In this document: positions 46,101 through 57,931 of the stretch, one piece after another | Position numbering within the stretch: the first letter of the stretch is position 1 | How the letters are laid out: every line of letters starts with the position of its first letter | The notes under the pieces: generated by a model | What the model saw: the letters and a program-made list of their open reading frames with translations, nothing else | Database searches by the model: none | What the model was told of the DNA's origin: nothing | Program-made: the position numbers and the translations under genes | Origin: Amoebophrya sp. A120 | Taxonomy: Eukaryota; Protista; Dinoflagellata | Length of the DNA: 64,000 bases | NCBI GenBank assembly: GCA_905178155.1 | Contig: CAJINV010000028.1 | Coordinates: 169,235 to 233,234, forward strand | Direction: 5' to 3'

Positions 46101-49100
46101 ATCTTGATCTGGTTCTCGACGTCGACCTGTAATTTGTGATTGTATGTCAATATAATCAATTGTAAACCAATAATCAGGGCATATAATTTTGCGGATTCAC
46201 ATGTCACTCCTCGGAGGTGGGAAAGGGGATCGGATCTTCTCTAATATTGTTCCGTGAAAGAACCAGCACAAGCTCGGACGACCAGATTCAATCATAGGAA
46301 ACAAAATACTACTGTAAAAAATGGCTGACGCGCAACACGCAACATCGCTGCGCCGCGGCCTCAAGTAAGTCAGTGTGTAAGTAGTACCTTTCTCCCAGTG
46401 ACAAGCCCATTGATCATCTGCAGGTTTTCTTTGGTGAGCTCGTTTAGCTATGCCTTGCAAATATGTAGTCTGACAACTCTGGAATAAATTTGTCTTGCTG
46501 AAGATACTCGCATTTTTATTGCACAGTGACCGCTTGTGCCGCAGAACAGCGTCAGAAGTTATTTGACACGGCTTGTCAGTAGAAGTAGTAGTTCTTGTTG
46601 CCGATTCTTACAAATGCTTATAAACCGCATGACAAACTTGTTCCATCCAGCACGATAAAAAAAACTACCCAAAAATCGCATTCATGCATAAATCGTTGCA
46701 GATCTTCTTCTTGTCCTCAAACAAGTCTTGCAGTTGCATTACGAATTCAGATCCACACTACAACATATTTGCAATGCATACCAGGACCTGCTCAGCAAAC
46801 TTCGGATCGACTACCCGCTGGACTGTTTTGACGCAGTGTATGGAACAAGCCTCGGGTCGGAAATTCATCTCAAAGTGAAACGAAACACTTTGATGTTACA
46901 TGAAATGCAAATGCGACACAGGAAGTGAATGTACTACTCGATACAAACAGGGGACGCAAAAATGGACGCTGAATAATGTGCAACTTACTACGGGCTCGGA
47001 ATAAGAATATGGAAATGGAGTTGTGCTGTTAATCTATAAATTAGCATGACATCTTCAGAGGGGCACGCCATCGCCCTCACCAGCATGACAGACATGCGAC
47101 ATTGATGTAATGTCATGCACCGACTAGAAATGTTGCCTCGCCTCCGCATACAGGCCGAGGCGTTTTTTGCATTACAAATTCTTTCAACTTTGATGCTTAC
47201 TTTCCAACCTGAGAATTCCATACAGAGTGCGCGCACCTCCCCATCGTTGCCCCTCTTGAGCAAGGGGCAGTTTTCTTTCTTGCAATATGGGGCTTTCAAA
47301 CGTGAATACATCGACGTGGTGTTACGTGATTCTCTTATCTTAAACCGATAGAAAACACAAACGCAACCCATGATAGATTAGGTACCTTTCAGTTTCATCC
47401 GCAGTAGATGATCAGCCCAATAAAATAGAAATACCAATTTGTGACAGAAGAAAAAATATTAGGGGTGACGAAGATACGCAAGCATAAGAAAAACGGCGAA
47501 GAACGATGTACAACCAAGAACCTTGGACGATGAAACTCGAGTCCCCAGAGTCCTCGAGGAGAGATGCGAGGGTGACGCTAGTTGAAAAAGCAGCACTAAT
47601 ACTAAAAAAAATTGCAAGACTAGGCCACATTTCCCGAGACGGAAATAGACTTGTAACGCAAGAGTGGCAAAGATAAAGGGGGCTTGTGCATCGCGGCGCA
47701 TCACAGTTTTGGCAAGGGTTAAAAGCTTGGCACTCAGTCAGCGCATGGACGATCTGTCACGCGAATCAACTTGATCGATGTCTTTCGGGGGGGAGTGATC
47801 ATGCGGAGTTGTGATAATCATAATAACAGAAACAAAAAGAACTTTGCATGACAGACGAGATTTCGCGTGGCGCGATTCTGTCGATGTATAGCGTTTGAGC
47901 AGTCCATATGTAGATCTTGAGGATTTGCACCCTGTTGCAGAGCATCATCTCCCGAAAGTTTTGCGAGTTCGCCCCCGTCTGTCCCGCGAGTCCGCCGGCT
48001 CGACTCTGGCCCCGCCCCGTTCGCAACTCTGGCCCCGCCCCGTCCTCCAAGACCACAGCTATGCTGTGCAAAAGTATCGCCCTCGTACTAATTGCAAATA
48101 TGCATGACAAATCTCTTTCCTAAGTTAAAACAGCATTACAAATTCCACTTTTCTTCTTGCCAAAATTTGCAATGCAATTTATACTAGTGCGCCACTTTTG
48201 CAATGCATAACAACGACGGCAATACCATTTCCACCCTGGTACCCGTTGAAGCAGGTGGACTGGTCCGCCATCAAGATTATGCATTTTTACAAAGATGTCT
48301 TCTGGGACCTCCACGTACTCCGAAAAGTAAATGCGAACTTTTGTTGTATAATGCAGATTGATCTTGGAACAGGCAATAAATTGCTGTGCTGCAGAGTCAC
48401 GATGAAATGCGCAATTAAGTAAATTGAGTGTGTTTCGTATCTTCATGCAGATGATCATCAAGTAGCCACACGGATGAAGGAGCCTGCGCGGAACGTGTGG
48501 CTGTGCTCTGCGTGCATTCCAGCAGACCTTCCACTCTCAGACAAAAATCAATGCAAAAACAGCATGGCGAACCACATCTGCATCTGTCACTTTTCCAACC
48601 CTTCAAGACATTTACATTTGCACTCCGTACCCATCACGTCCCCCGGGCGCAACCCATATTCGAGCTGGAAGTCGGCGGCCCGCTTTTTGTTTGCGGTAGT
48701 ATGAGAGTGCACACCCAACCCTCCCCCCCATTTGTAATGCAAAATAATTCACAACCTCGCCTCTTGCTGTGATGGTGAAGGACTCTCTGCATGACAAATT
48801 TCGGAAACTTAAGGTGTCCTCCGATCTTCTTCTGTGGTGTGCAAATCTTCATGCAGACGCCACATTTGTGCCGTTGCTTGTGTTGCTACTCATCAATCCC
48901 TTTTGAAGGAGGGAGAGGAGGAGTTGTGCACTTTCATAATCATCTGACTCCGTACTAAAAACCAAGTTGTATCCTCTGCAAAAGTCTCGCACAACTGAGT
49001 CGCACTGCTACTTGGAGGACTAGTCTCGTGGTCCAGGCAATACAAATGCAAATATTAATATCCTTGCTTTGCCGTCTTTTGGTTCCCTGACCAAATAATG

Positions 49101-50473
49101 CGTTTTTAGTCTGAAGACATTTCCTAAAATGCTGCAGCGAGCTACTTCTTGTCCGTGATGTGGAGGCGCTTTTGCAATGCATATACCGAGCTCTCCCATG
49201 CGGATGCATAGCTCTTCGGGCTGGAGGCTTTTTGCCTGGTTCAGGACATCCCTCACCTTTTTTCCCTCTAGTATCCCATGAAAAAACTGTTTCACTCTGA
49301 TGATCTTAATCTTATCAAGATCTGCATCACCAGTTTGTTACAAATGACACAGAAAATTTGCCATGCGCGCTTCCCAAGGGAAAAGACGCTGTTAAATCAA
49401 TGTCTTGCAAGTGTAGCAAGACAAGTCGTTCCGTGCTCTATTCTCTGCATCACAAGTTCACAGTGAAACAGTTTTTTCTTGCGATATCTAGCTGTGCCTT
49501 CGTCACCCCGCTGGCGGTTTGCCCCTCCCTCTTTTTTTCTGCTTATCCAACCAAAAAAAGCAAAGTAGGTGTATAACTTTGTGATGCGCTATATGCAAGA
49601 TGATTGAGCTTGCGGCACGGCTGTCATGCTGGTCACGCATTTTTACAGGCCCCCTTCATGCGTGGTTTCACGTTTTGTCTCTCTGCGCATGACAGGTTTT
49701 TGCTATCATCATGCCAGACAGATTTGTAATGCTGTTTCGGCAAAAAAAAGCTACTTACTTACACCTTACAATGTTTTATCCTTGGATACTGCTTTCTCCA
49801 ACTTCACTTTGGAAGTTTATGCATTGCAAAAGTATCGTATTGGTAGTAATCGCATTACATACAAATTGGCTCCGCACGACGAATGAAATTTGTCATGCTG
49901 TTTTACCTTGGGGTGGAGGTTTCCAATGCACGACTGCGATTACTACGAGTACGATACTTTTGCACAAGATAAAGTTGGGCTCCAGCCGATTGCGGATGAG
50001 AAACAGTCGTTGATCTTTCTGATATCAAGTGCAAATATGTCTGGGTCTGGAACAATGCATGTTTGTCATGCTTGTCTGGCATGACTCACTCTTAAATCTG
50101 TCATGCACGTTACCCAAGAGCCCCATTTTTCTCTCATGTAGAAAGGCAGTTTGTCATGCAGAACAGGCAACGCCAACACCTAAAAGCTCAAAAACTTGTC
50201 ATGCTGTGCCAGCACTTGTGGTCTCCTCATGATACGCCACCCAGCACCACAAGTTTCCCGACCCAGACACATTTGCACTTCATATCGGTCCTGCAAACGT
50301 AGGCCGCCTTCCCCTCTGTACGATGCTTCGTCCGTTTTGCGCAATATCGTAAGCTGCTTTTCTTCAGCAAGAAGTGCCTTGACGAGGGCTTTCTTCGATT
50401 TCTGTTGCGCAGCGGGCTTCTTCTTTTTGGCCTTTCCATTTCCATTTTTCGCCAGCACCTGCGTAGTTGACAT
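43164..50473 (-). CDS. One or two hypothetical Lys-rich genes made of micro-exons separated by introners
   Basis: Start MSTTQVLAKNGNGKAKKKK at 50473; short exons between TIR elements (e.g. KRGAAKVPEDSSNRQGKEAKDK, IKKSSSSKDKKSSS). Full model not resolved; no family recognised. Confidence 0.45.
44364..44655. mobile_element. Introner, TGTCTGGGTCTGG family
   Basis: cactgcaaatcatgtgtctgggtctgg ... cagacccagacatacttttgcagtg; outer ends approximate. Confidence 0.8.
45030..45253. mobile_element. Introner, C-rich TIR family, perfect TSD cgacg
   Basis: cgacg|tataacaatgcacaactccccctccccctc ... gagggggagggggagttgtgcacttccata|cgacg; a relative lies at 48700-48938. Confidence 0.9.
50023..50284. mobile_element. 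Introner, TGTCTGGGTCTGG family (duplicated at 56013-56273)
   Basis: tatcaagtgcaaatatgtctgggtctgg ... cccgacccagacacatttgcacttcata. Confidence 0.85.
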
Positions 50474-52199
50474 TGCCGCAATTTTATCAAAAGAAGGAGG
50501 GAATACGAATACAAAACAAAAACTATAGGTAAATAAGCCTACATCACATGGCTCCTCGGGTTTGCAAGTTAGTATTGCCCTGTCAGAGTGGGCAAATTAA
50601 GATGATCATACTCATGTTGGTAAATTCGAAAAAGCCGTCTGGCTTTAGTACTTCCTTGTTGCCCGCTCCGGGCGGCCCGGCAGCGCTGTCCTCTGGCATG
50701 ATGTTTCCAGGAATGAGCGTCGTCGCAGGCGGCCGCGTCGTGTCGCTTGAGTTGGGATGTCGCTTGTTTCAATGTCGCTTGTTGTCGCTTCCAATAAAAT
50801 CCAAGTCAGATAATTTTTCGAATGCACCGCAAAACAAAGTGATGCAATATGATAATTTTTCACAAAAAAGAAAAACGTCTTTTGTGTCTCGAGCCTCACG
50901 TAGAGACGAGCGTAGTATGTTCGGAAGAGATCGCTGCATGAAAGAAAAGAGTGTGACACGATTACACTGTGCTTCGCGACATTTTTATCGATAAGCATAG
51001 CAAAAACACAATGGAGAGCAAAAACAGTGCGCCGCCGTAGAGCGTGATCTTCTGCAATAGTCGATCAGGGATCGTTGGCTTTTTCTCAACAAACATTGGC
51101 ATCAGCATCACCTCACGCACCCCGCACTTCTACCCGCACTTCTAAAAAATGAAAAACTGATCATCTTTGCACCGAGGATAAGAGATCACAATGTCGTTGT
51201 AGTTGCATGGAGATCAGATGCGCAACTATTTTCGGGCTCGACTGTGACGAAGAGAACTTGAACTGTCTCTGGTGCGTGGGGGTCTCTAAACTACAGTACA
51301 AGATCAGTCGACTCTGAGCCGTCCGTCGTGGTTCAAAATGGCTACTACGGAAAAAAAACAAGGAACCTTCAGGATCTTCCATCACCATCCTTTTTCTGCC
51401 AGGATCATGGAGAAACTGATTTCTCTTCCGTATAAACGAGCAGCTGGTGTACTGACTGGATCAAGCGAGATCATCTTGTCTTCATCTCGTGTTGCTAAAT
51501 TGTTAGTATCAGAGCTAGACCGCGGCCAGAGAGATCCGTTTTTTTTGTGTCAAACTACTTTCGCTCCGAACCAGAACCAGAATGCATGGTCTGACGGGCC
51601 AGAGACCAATGAGAGGAGCTTTGAGCTTGCTGCTTTGTTTTGCTTTTGCTTGTTTTGCTTTTGATTTTGTTATCGCTTTTGTGACAACTACCATGCAGAA
51701 GATCTCGGTTTCAAGTTCAAAATAACAAAAAGTCGCTGGTGCTCCGGTTGTGCTGTTCCTTATGTGTGTGTGCAGACCGCAATCTACTCCGTGGTTGAAA
51801 CAATGCAGCACCAGCACTCCGGAGCTTTCATTTAGATGTAGTAAACAGAAGCTTTCGTGTAGCGGTTGACAGAAGTTTTCATTTAGATGTAGTAAACAGA
51901 AGCTTTCATTTAGATGTGAGACTGCTGGGACGGAGTTGATGAAGGCACAGAAATTGCATTTGCATCGGGAGCTAAGCACAACTCAGGTAGTGAAATAGGT
52001 ATAAACATACGAGGATGCCCTCCGTTCTCAACCAGCAACGTGGAATTGCTTTTCCAGTTCCTATTGTAACTCTAAAAGAACTAAATCTACAGTTCTTGCT
52101 GCGTACATTCAATTCATAGTATTGTACCTGAAAATTGCACTAGAAAACAGCCTCTCGCTGCGGAAGCGCGGCACGAGGTCAGCTGAAATCAAATTGATT

Positions 52200-55100
52200 T
52201 TACTCCCAGTCGTCCGCGTCAAAATACTGACACTCCGCCTCTTCCTCCGCAGTGAGTGCGGCCCTCCCCTGATCAGCCCGTTCAGTGGTCAGGATCTTTT
52301 CGTCCTCCTGTGCGGAATTGGCACCACCGTGATGGTCCACCGCTGCTGTAGAGGGCACACCGCTCCATCGTGAAGAACCACAGCGCCTCGCTCGCGCGGC
52401 CGCGTCTCTCACCACGACCCCTTGCCGGTGCGAAGATTTCTTTCTCGCGCCATCGCTTCGCACCAGCGGCGATCCACTTCTGCGTATGCGTGCCCCACCC
52501 TCGTCGCGGCGGCCTAGTGGTACCAAAGCTGCGACATCCTCCTGGCTCTTTGCGTCCACGATCAGGATCTCGTTCTCCTTTTTGAGCTCCGAGCCAGAAG
52601 AACTTGGGGTCGAACGCTGCAGTGAGCAGCCATTCCTTGCCTCGCCGCTGGAAATTTCCATTCGCGCCAGCAGGTCGGCCAAAACATCACCGGAAAAGCT
52701 TTTCGGACGAGTTTATGCAGCACAAAAACGTGGTTCCCAGCAGCATCTTCCCGAATTTTTTGTGATGCATATTTGCATGCTCAGAGGCAGAGCGCCCCCA
52801 CACAAGCACAACATGCAGGGCGATTGCTAATGGTGTTCTTACTAGGGAAAAATCCGTATCCTAGTACGGGAGTGAACCCACGATGCTTTCGGACTAGCTA
52901 CCAGAGGGTCGAATTCAGAGCGTAGCAGCCAAGCCGGTCATCACGCGTGGGTTCCAAGAATAAAAGCTGCCCGGACTTGCGGTCTTGCAGATTTTGATTT
53001 TTCATCTTGACGTACACGTACTTAAATGTAAAAGAGTGGGGACCACGACCTTTTTCTGCAGCGTAGGTATTCTGCGGGACTCAAATGCAACAGCTCGTCC
53101 GGCTCCAGGCATCGCATTTCCACGTCGCCCTCCTTGTCGTCGGGTAACAGAACAAAGGGCACCGCGCCCGAAGGTCCGAGATCATCTTCTTCCGGAAGAT
53201 TTTTACAGGCAGCTGTTGTTGATACCCCGGCCTCGCGGCCCGTCGCGCTGGAAGCTGCTGATCCTTCTTGCCCGTCCTCTTGCTCCTGTGCTTTCTTCTG
53301 TGAGGACGAGGAAAACCCGATCTTTAGGGCCATGTACACGCGATCCAGCGGGCAAGGGTCTTTCATCCGGAACTCGATCGCCTGGGGCTGGTATCCTGTG
53401 CAAAAGCATCGTACTGGTATAAATCGCAATACGAATTGGCTCAGCAATACAAATTAAACTTGTATATGCTGATTTGCATTAACAACTAGATTTGTAATGC
53501 GTAACTGCAATTAGTACGAGTACGATACTTTTGCAATGCATAGCTTGGTCGACATGAAGCGTTTCACCTCTTGGACGTGCTGGTCAAGCAGCCGCGCGGT
53601 CACGAATTCGTAGGAGGGACAGTAAAAACTCCAGATACGGTGTTGCAGGTCGCGCGTCTTGCGCATCCACATTTTGTAAATCTTGTACCGCCGTTTGCGA
53701 AAGCTCCGCAACTGTGTCGCGAGGTGCCGCGACACACTCTCGCCTACCAAGTGATGTTGCAGGTCCTGTGTCCCCTCGCCGCGTGCCGGTAGTTGTAGTT
53801 CAGACACAGAAGTTTTATCATTCCCACTCTTGTTGTTCAGCTGCAGCACTGGCATCTTCAAGGGCTGCTCTCGACGCTCGGCATACGAGGTGACAAGTTG
53901 CAGCAATTTTTCCTCTCGGTGGAGCAGCTCCGCGGTCTTACTAGCTCCGCCCGTGCTGAGGAGCAAGTGGGGCCGGCGAGCAGCCGCAGCGTTGGCCCCG
54001 TGGAGCAGCGCCTGAGTATAGGTATCCAGCGCGAAAGCCAAGCTGGCCTGGTCAATTTCCGGGTAGGTATACAGCAACTGCGCGAAGAGGGCCCCCTCCT
54101 CGGCATTCACCTTGTTCCAGTCGCGTAGAAACGCCGACCGCCACCGCCGCAACCGCGCACGCCAGGCGCGCTGCTCGCCCATCAGCGAAAGGTACTGCTC
54201 GTGTAGGCCACGCCCAAGAAACAGCAAGTGCGTCTGGTACAGGGGGTCGAAGGGATCCTCGGACCGAGATTTCTGTTTTTCAAAATTCATGAAAATTCCA
54301 TTTCAAACAATTTCAAACACCAGGGGTATCTTCCAAACGTGATCCATCATGCAGAGTGCAGCAGAGAAATTTCAAGTTACGCTGATAATTTCATCGACAT
54401 GAGTGTAGTTTTCACTGTAGTACGTACAAATATTAACATGAGCAAGAACAAATTTTTTCGATACGACTTTTTGGACATGCTGCAGCCGGATCTCCTCGCA
54501 CCGGGTTGTGACGGACCGTTCCAACTCATGAGAGTACAAAACCTCCCTGCTTCCCTCACTCATTTGTGATGCAGAATTACCAACCACTATCACGAAGACA
54601 AACTCTCGCGTGGAGGCACTGTTTGCATGATAAATTTCGGAACGACCTGATACAGTACGACAATCAGTGAGCGCAGATTGGTCATGCGCAAGGCCGCCCA
54701 TTTCTTCCGTTGCTTGGGTTGCTGCTGTTGATCTTGCACCTTCAATCACTCCTTGATGAGTGGGACGGTTGGGAGGTTGTGCGCATCAACTCTCATAAAC
54801 TTCATCCAGCATGGCGGCCCGTTTCTGCAGACTGGTACTCACGAATTTATTCACGGAGTCGTAGTAGTGTTGCAGGGTAACGACCGGCAGGTTGCACTGC
54901 TCCGGTGGCGGTGGTCGCGGAGCATGTAACAGTTCTTGTGCATTCTCTCTGGAGCAGCCCACTCCTCTTGTGCCAGCGTGACAAGTGCCGTCACCAGCGG
55001 CAGGTCTCGACGCCGCGCAGTGTGTCCCCATCTCGCTAGTCCTTGCACCCCGTGGCCCGTCCGCTCCGGCACCACGAGCCGCCGCTGCCAACGAGCGCGG

Positions 55101-57931
55101 CACCAGGTGCGTAGTCCAATCGATGGGACCGGTGTTTTTTCTCCGGTCCGATTGACCCGTCGCGGTGGGCAATATCAGATGTAAAAAATGTCTGGGTCTG
55201 TAAGAATGCAGATTTTTGTCATGCTGCTTTTGCATGACACAAAATGTCTCTCATGGAAGCCCTAGCACCATAGGTTTCGAGAAGCTTCCGCTTTGCTTAA
55301 TCCGCATGACAAATCCCCCATTTTCGTGACAGGAAATGGGCGCCTTTTGCTGCCTATGCATGAGAGATTTGTCTGTGTTGTGAAATGCGCATCACAAGTT
55401 CGCATCCTTCCAGACCCAGACATTTTTACAGCTGATAGGCAACACGGAGGAACAACTCGAAGATGCGCCAGAAAGAGGGTCTGTCGGCAGAGCCCCGCTG
55501 GCGGTTTGCCCCTCTTTCTTTTTTTCTGCTTATCCAACCAAAAAAAGCAAAGGAGGTGTATAACTTTGTGATGCGCTACATGCAAGATGATTGAGCTTGC
55601 GGCACGGCTGTCATGCTGGTCACGCATTTTTACAGGCCCCCTTCATGCGTGGTTTCACGTATTGTCTCGTCTCTGCGCATGACAGGTTTTTGCTATCATC
55701 ATGCCAGACAGATTTGTAATGCTGTTTCGGCAAAAAAAAGCTACTTACTTACACCTTACAATGTTTTATCCTTGGATACTGCTTTCTCCAACTTCACTTT
55801 GGAAGTTTATGCATTGCAAAAGTATCGTATTCGTAGTAATTGCATTACATACAAATTGGCTCAGCATGACAAATGGAATTTGTCATGCTGTTTTACCTCG
55901 GGGTGGAGATTTCCAATGCACGACTGCGATTACTACGAGTACGATACTTTTGCACAAGATAAAGTTGGGCTCCAGCCGATTGCGGATGAGAAACGGTCGT
56001 TGATCTTTCTGGTATCAAGTGCAAATATGTCTGGGTCTGGAAGATGAATGCATGTTTGTCATGCTTGTCTGGCATGACTCTTAAATCTGTCATGCACGTT
56101 ACCCAAGAGCCCCATTTTTCTCTCATGCAGATACGCAGTTTGTCATGCAGAACAGGCAACGCCAATGCCTAAAAGCTCAAAAACTTGTCATCCTGTGCCA
56201 GCACTTGTGGTCTCCTCATGATACGCCACCCAGCATCACAAGTTTCCCGACCCAGACACATTTGCATTTCATATCGGTCCTGCAATCGCAAGCCACCTTC
56301 CCCTCTGTACGATGCTTCGTCCGTTTTGCGCAATATCGTAAGCTGCTTTTCTTTATCAAATGTAAAAATGTCTGGGTCTGGAAGAATGCAACTTGTGATG
56401 CTGCATTTGGATTCCAGAAGAATCTGTATTGCATGAGTACCAAAAGGAATGCAATTTTTGCTACGCGGAGAGGGCATTTGTCATGCGGAATAGGCACCAA
56501 GAAGATCTCACAAAATCTGTGATGCTAGGGCATGCATTACAGGCATCAGGGCTCATGCAAAACGTGCATGACAAGTGTCAGAATCTTCCAGACCCAGACA
56601 TTTTTACACTTGATATTCTTTCGAAAGAAGTGCCTCGACGGAGGAACAACTCGGGGATGCGCCCGAAAGAGGGTCTGTCGGCAGAGCACTGCTGCTCGAT
56701 TGCTGTGCCGGTCGGGTCATGTTACTGTTTATCCATTGCAAAAGTACTTCTATCTTAAGTGCCTAGGCCTACTCCTATGTATCCAAAACAAATAATATAA
56801 ATCAATTGCAGTCCTGCATGACAAAGTTCTTTATCTTTGTCTTTCCCAAGAACCTCAATCAGCATTTTACAAACTCGACTTTTCTTATGCGAAAATTTGA
56901 ATTTGTGGTACAGTGCATTCTAGTACGAAGATGCTTGTGCTGTTGCAATGCATATGTTTGTCGTTTCCTTGTTCCGCAAGTGCGTAGCCCAGGGTTGCCT
57001 GTTGTTGGCCGAGCTGATCGTCAATAGAAATGGCTGAAGAGGACGTAGTTTCCCGAGCTGCCTCGTCACGCGCATCGCAGGGCAGTGAAAGCGGATCACG
57101 CGGCCCACCGCCATGTACATGTTCATCACGGGGCAGCGATCCTGTTGGTGTCTTCGCCGCAATAAGGTTGGTGGACACCGGTGCGCCGGAAGGAGATTCC
57201 GTTTCCGTCCCGTCACGGTTAGAAGAAGGTCGTCCATCAACATCTTCATCTACATCGGTAGCAGATGTTCCCCTTCCTATCGTTGCATCATCAAGAGCAC
57301 TTCCTGCTATGCAGGTCTTCATTCGAAACCTGCGTGGGCCAGACGCAATCTTCACAGGTTGGATTGGCTTCGCTGCAAGAAGAGCTCGAGTTGTGCTGCA
57401 AGTGAAGCGTCCACACTGCTGCAGCGCCGGTCCTCCGACGACCGAATTTGTAGTAGTTGCAGAGGACGAACAAGTCCCTCCATGGCTAGTTGAGACCGAA
57501 ACGCGCTTGCTGCCCAAGTGTTGCGGCGGGGGACCAGCTCCAGGTCGATGCCTGTACCGATTGCTCTGTAGCTGCAACAGCTTGCTAACCAGACGGCTTC
57601 TTGTAGTTGTGCCAGCTCCTGTTCCGCTGGCGTGTGCCCGCTGCAACAAGGCCCTGGCGACGCCGGGGACGTTTTTAGACGCGGAGGCAAGGGACGCCGC
57701 GCTCAAGGTCCCATAAACGAGGATCGTCCACCCGATGACCCGCGATACGAGTCTCAAGTAGAAGGCGACGGCACATGCGGATGCCGGTGCAGTTCCCAAT
57801 GTGGTAGTCCCTGACCACCGGGCCGTGGTCTGATAACTTCTCATGGTCTTGGTTTTTGCGTTTTGGTTTATCGAGACTATAGTTGCCACCCTTGTTGCAA
57901 GTGCGACAACAATCAGACCGGTGCTGATCAA
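52200..57931 (-). CDS. Hypothetical multi-exon gene, hydrophobic N-terminus, introner introns
   Basis: Exonic ORFs at 56955-57931, 54786-55172, 53543-54290, 53030-53391, 52200-52720. Junctions K|PQAIEF and VL|PTATGQ are in frame after removing element plus 5 nt. Ends approximate. Confidence 0.55.
53392..53542. mobile_element. Introner, TGCAAAAGTATCGTA family
   Basis: tatcctgtgcaaaagcatcgtact ... agtacgatacttttgcaatgcata; flanks gctgg/gcttg. Relatives near 43467, 45900, 48060, 48970, 49818, 55808, 56730. Confidence 0.85.
55173..55437. mobile_element. Introner, perfect TSD ggcaa
   Basis: ggcaa|tatcagatgtaaaaaatgtctgggtctg ... cagacccagacatttttacagctgata|ggcaa. Confidence 0.92.
55494..56637. 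repeat. Copy of 49507-50383 flanked by a 50-bp direct repeat
   Basis: Highly similar to 49507-50383 including three introners; direct repeat at 55444-55493 and 56638-56687. Confidence 0.9.
56354..56615. mobile_element. Introner, perfect TSD ttctt, absent from the paralogous copy
   Basis: ttctt|tatcaaatgtaaaaatgtctgggtctgg ... ccagacccagacatttttacacttgata|ttctt; empty site at ~50360. Confidence 0.95.

Noticed and set aside
51823-51917. 27-bp tandem repeat gctttcatttagatgtagtaaacagaa
   Set aside because: Short local minisatellite with no unique spacers or link to other features.
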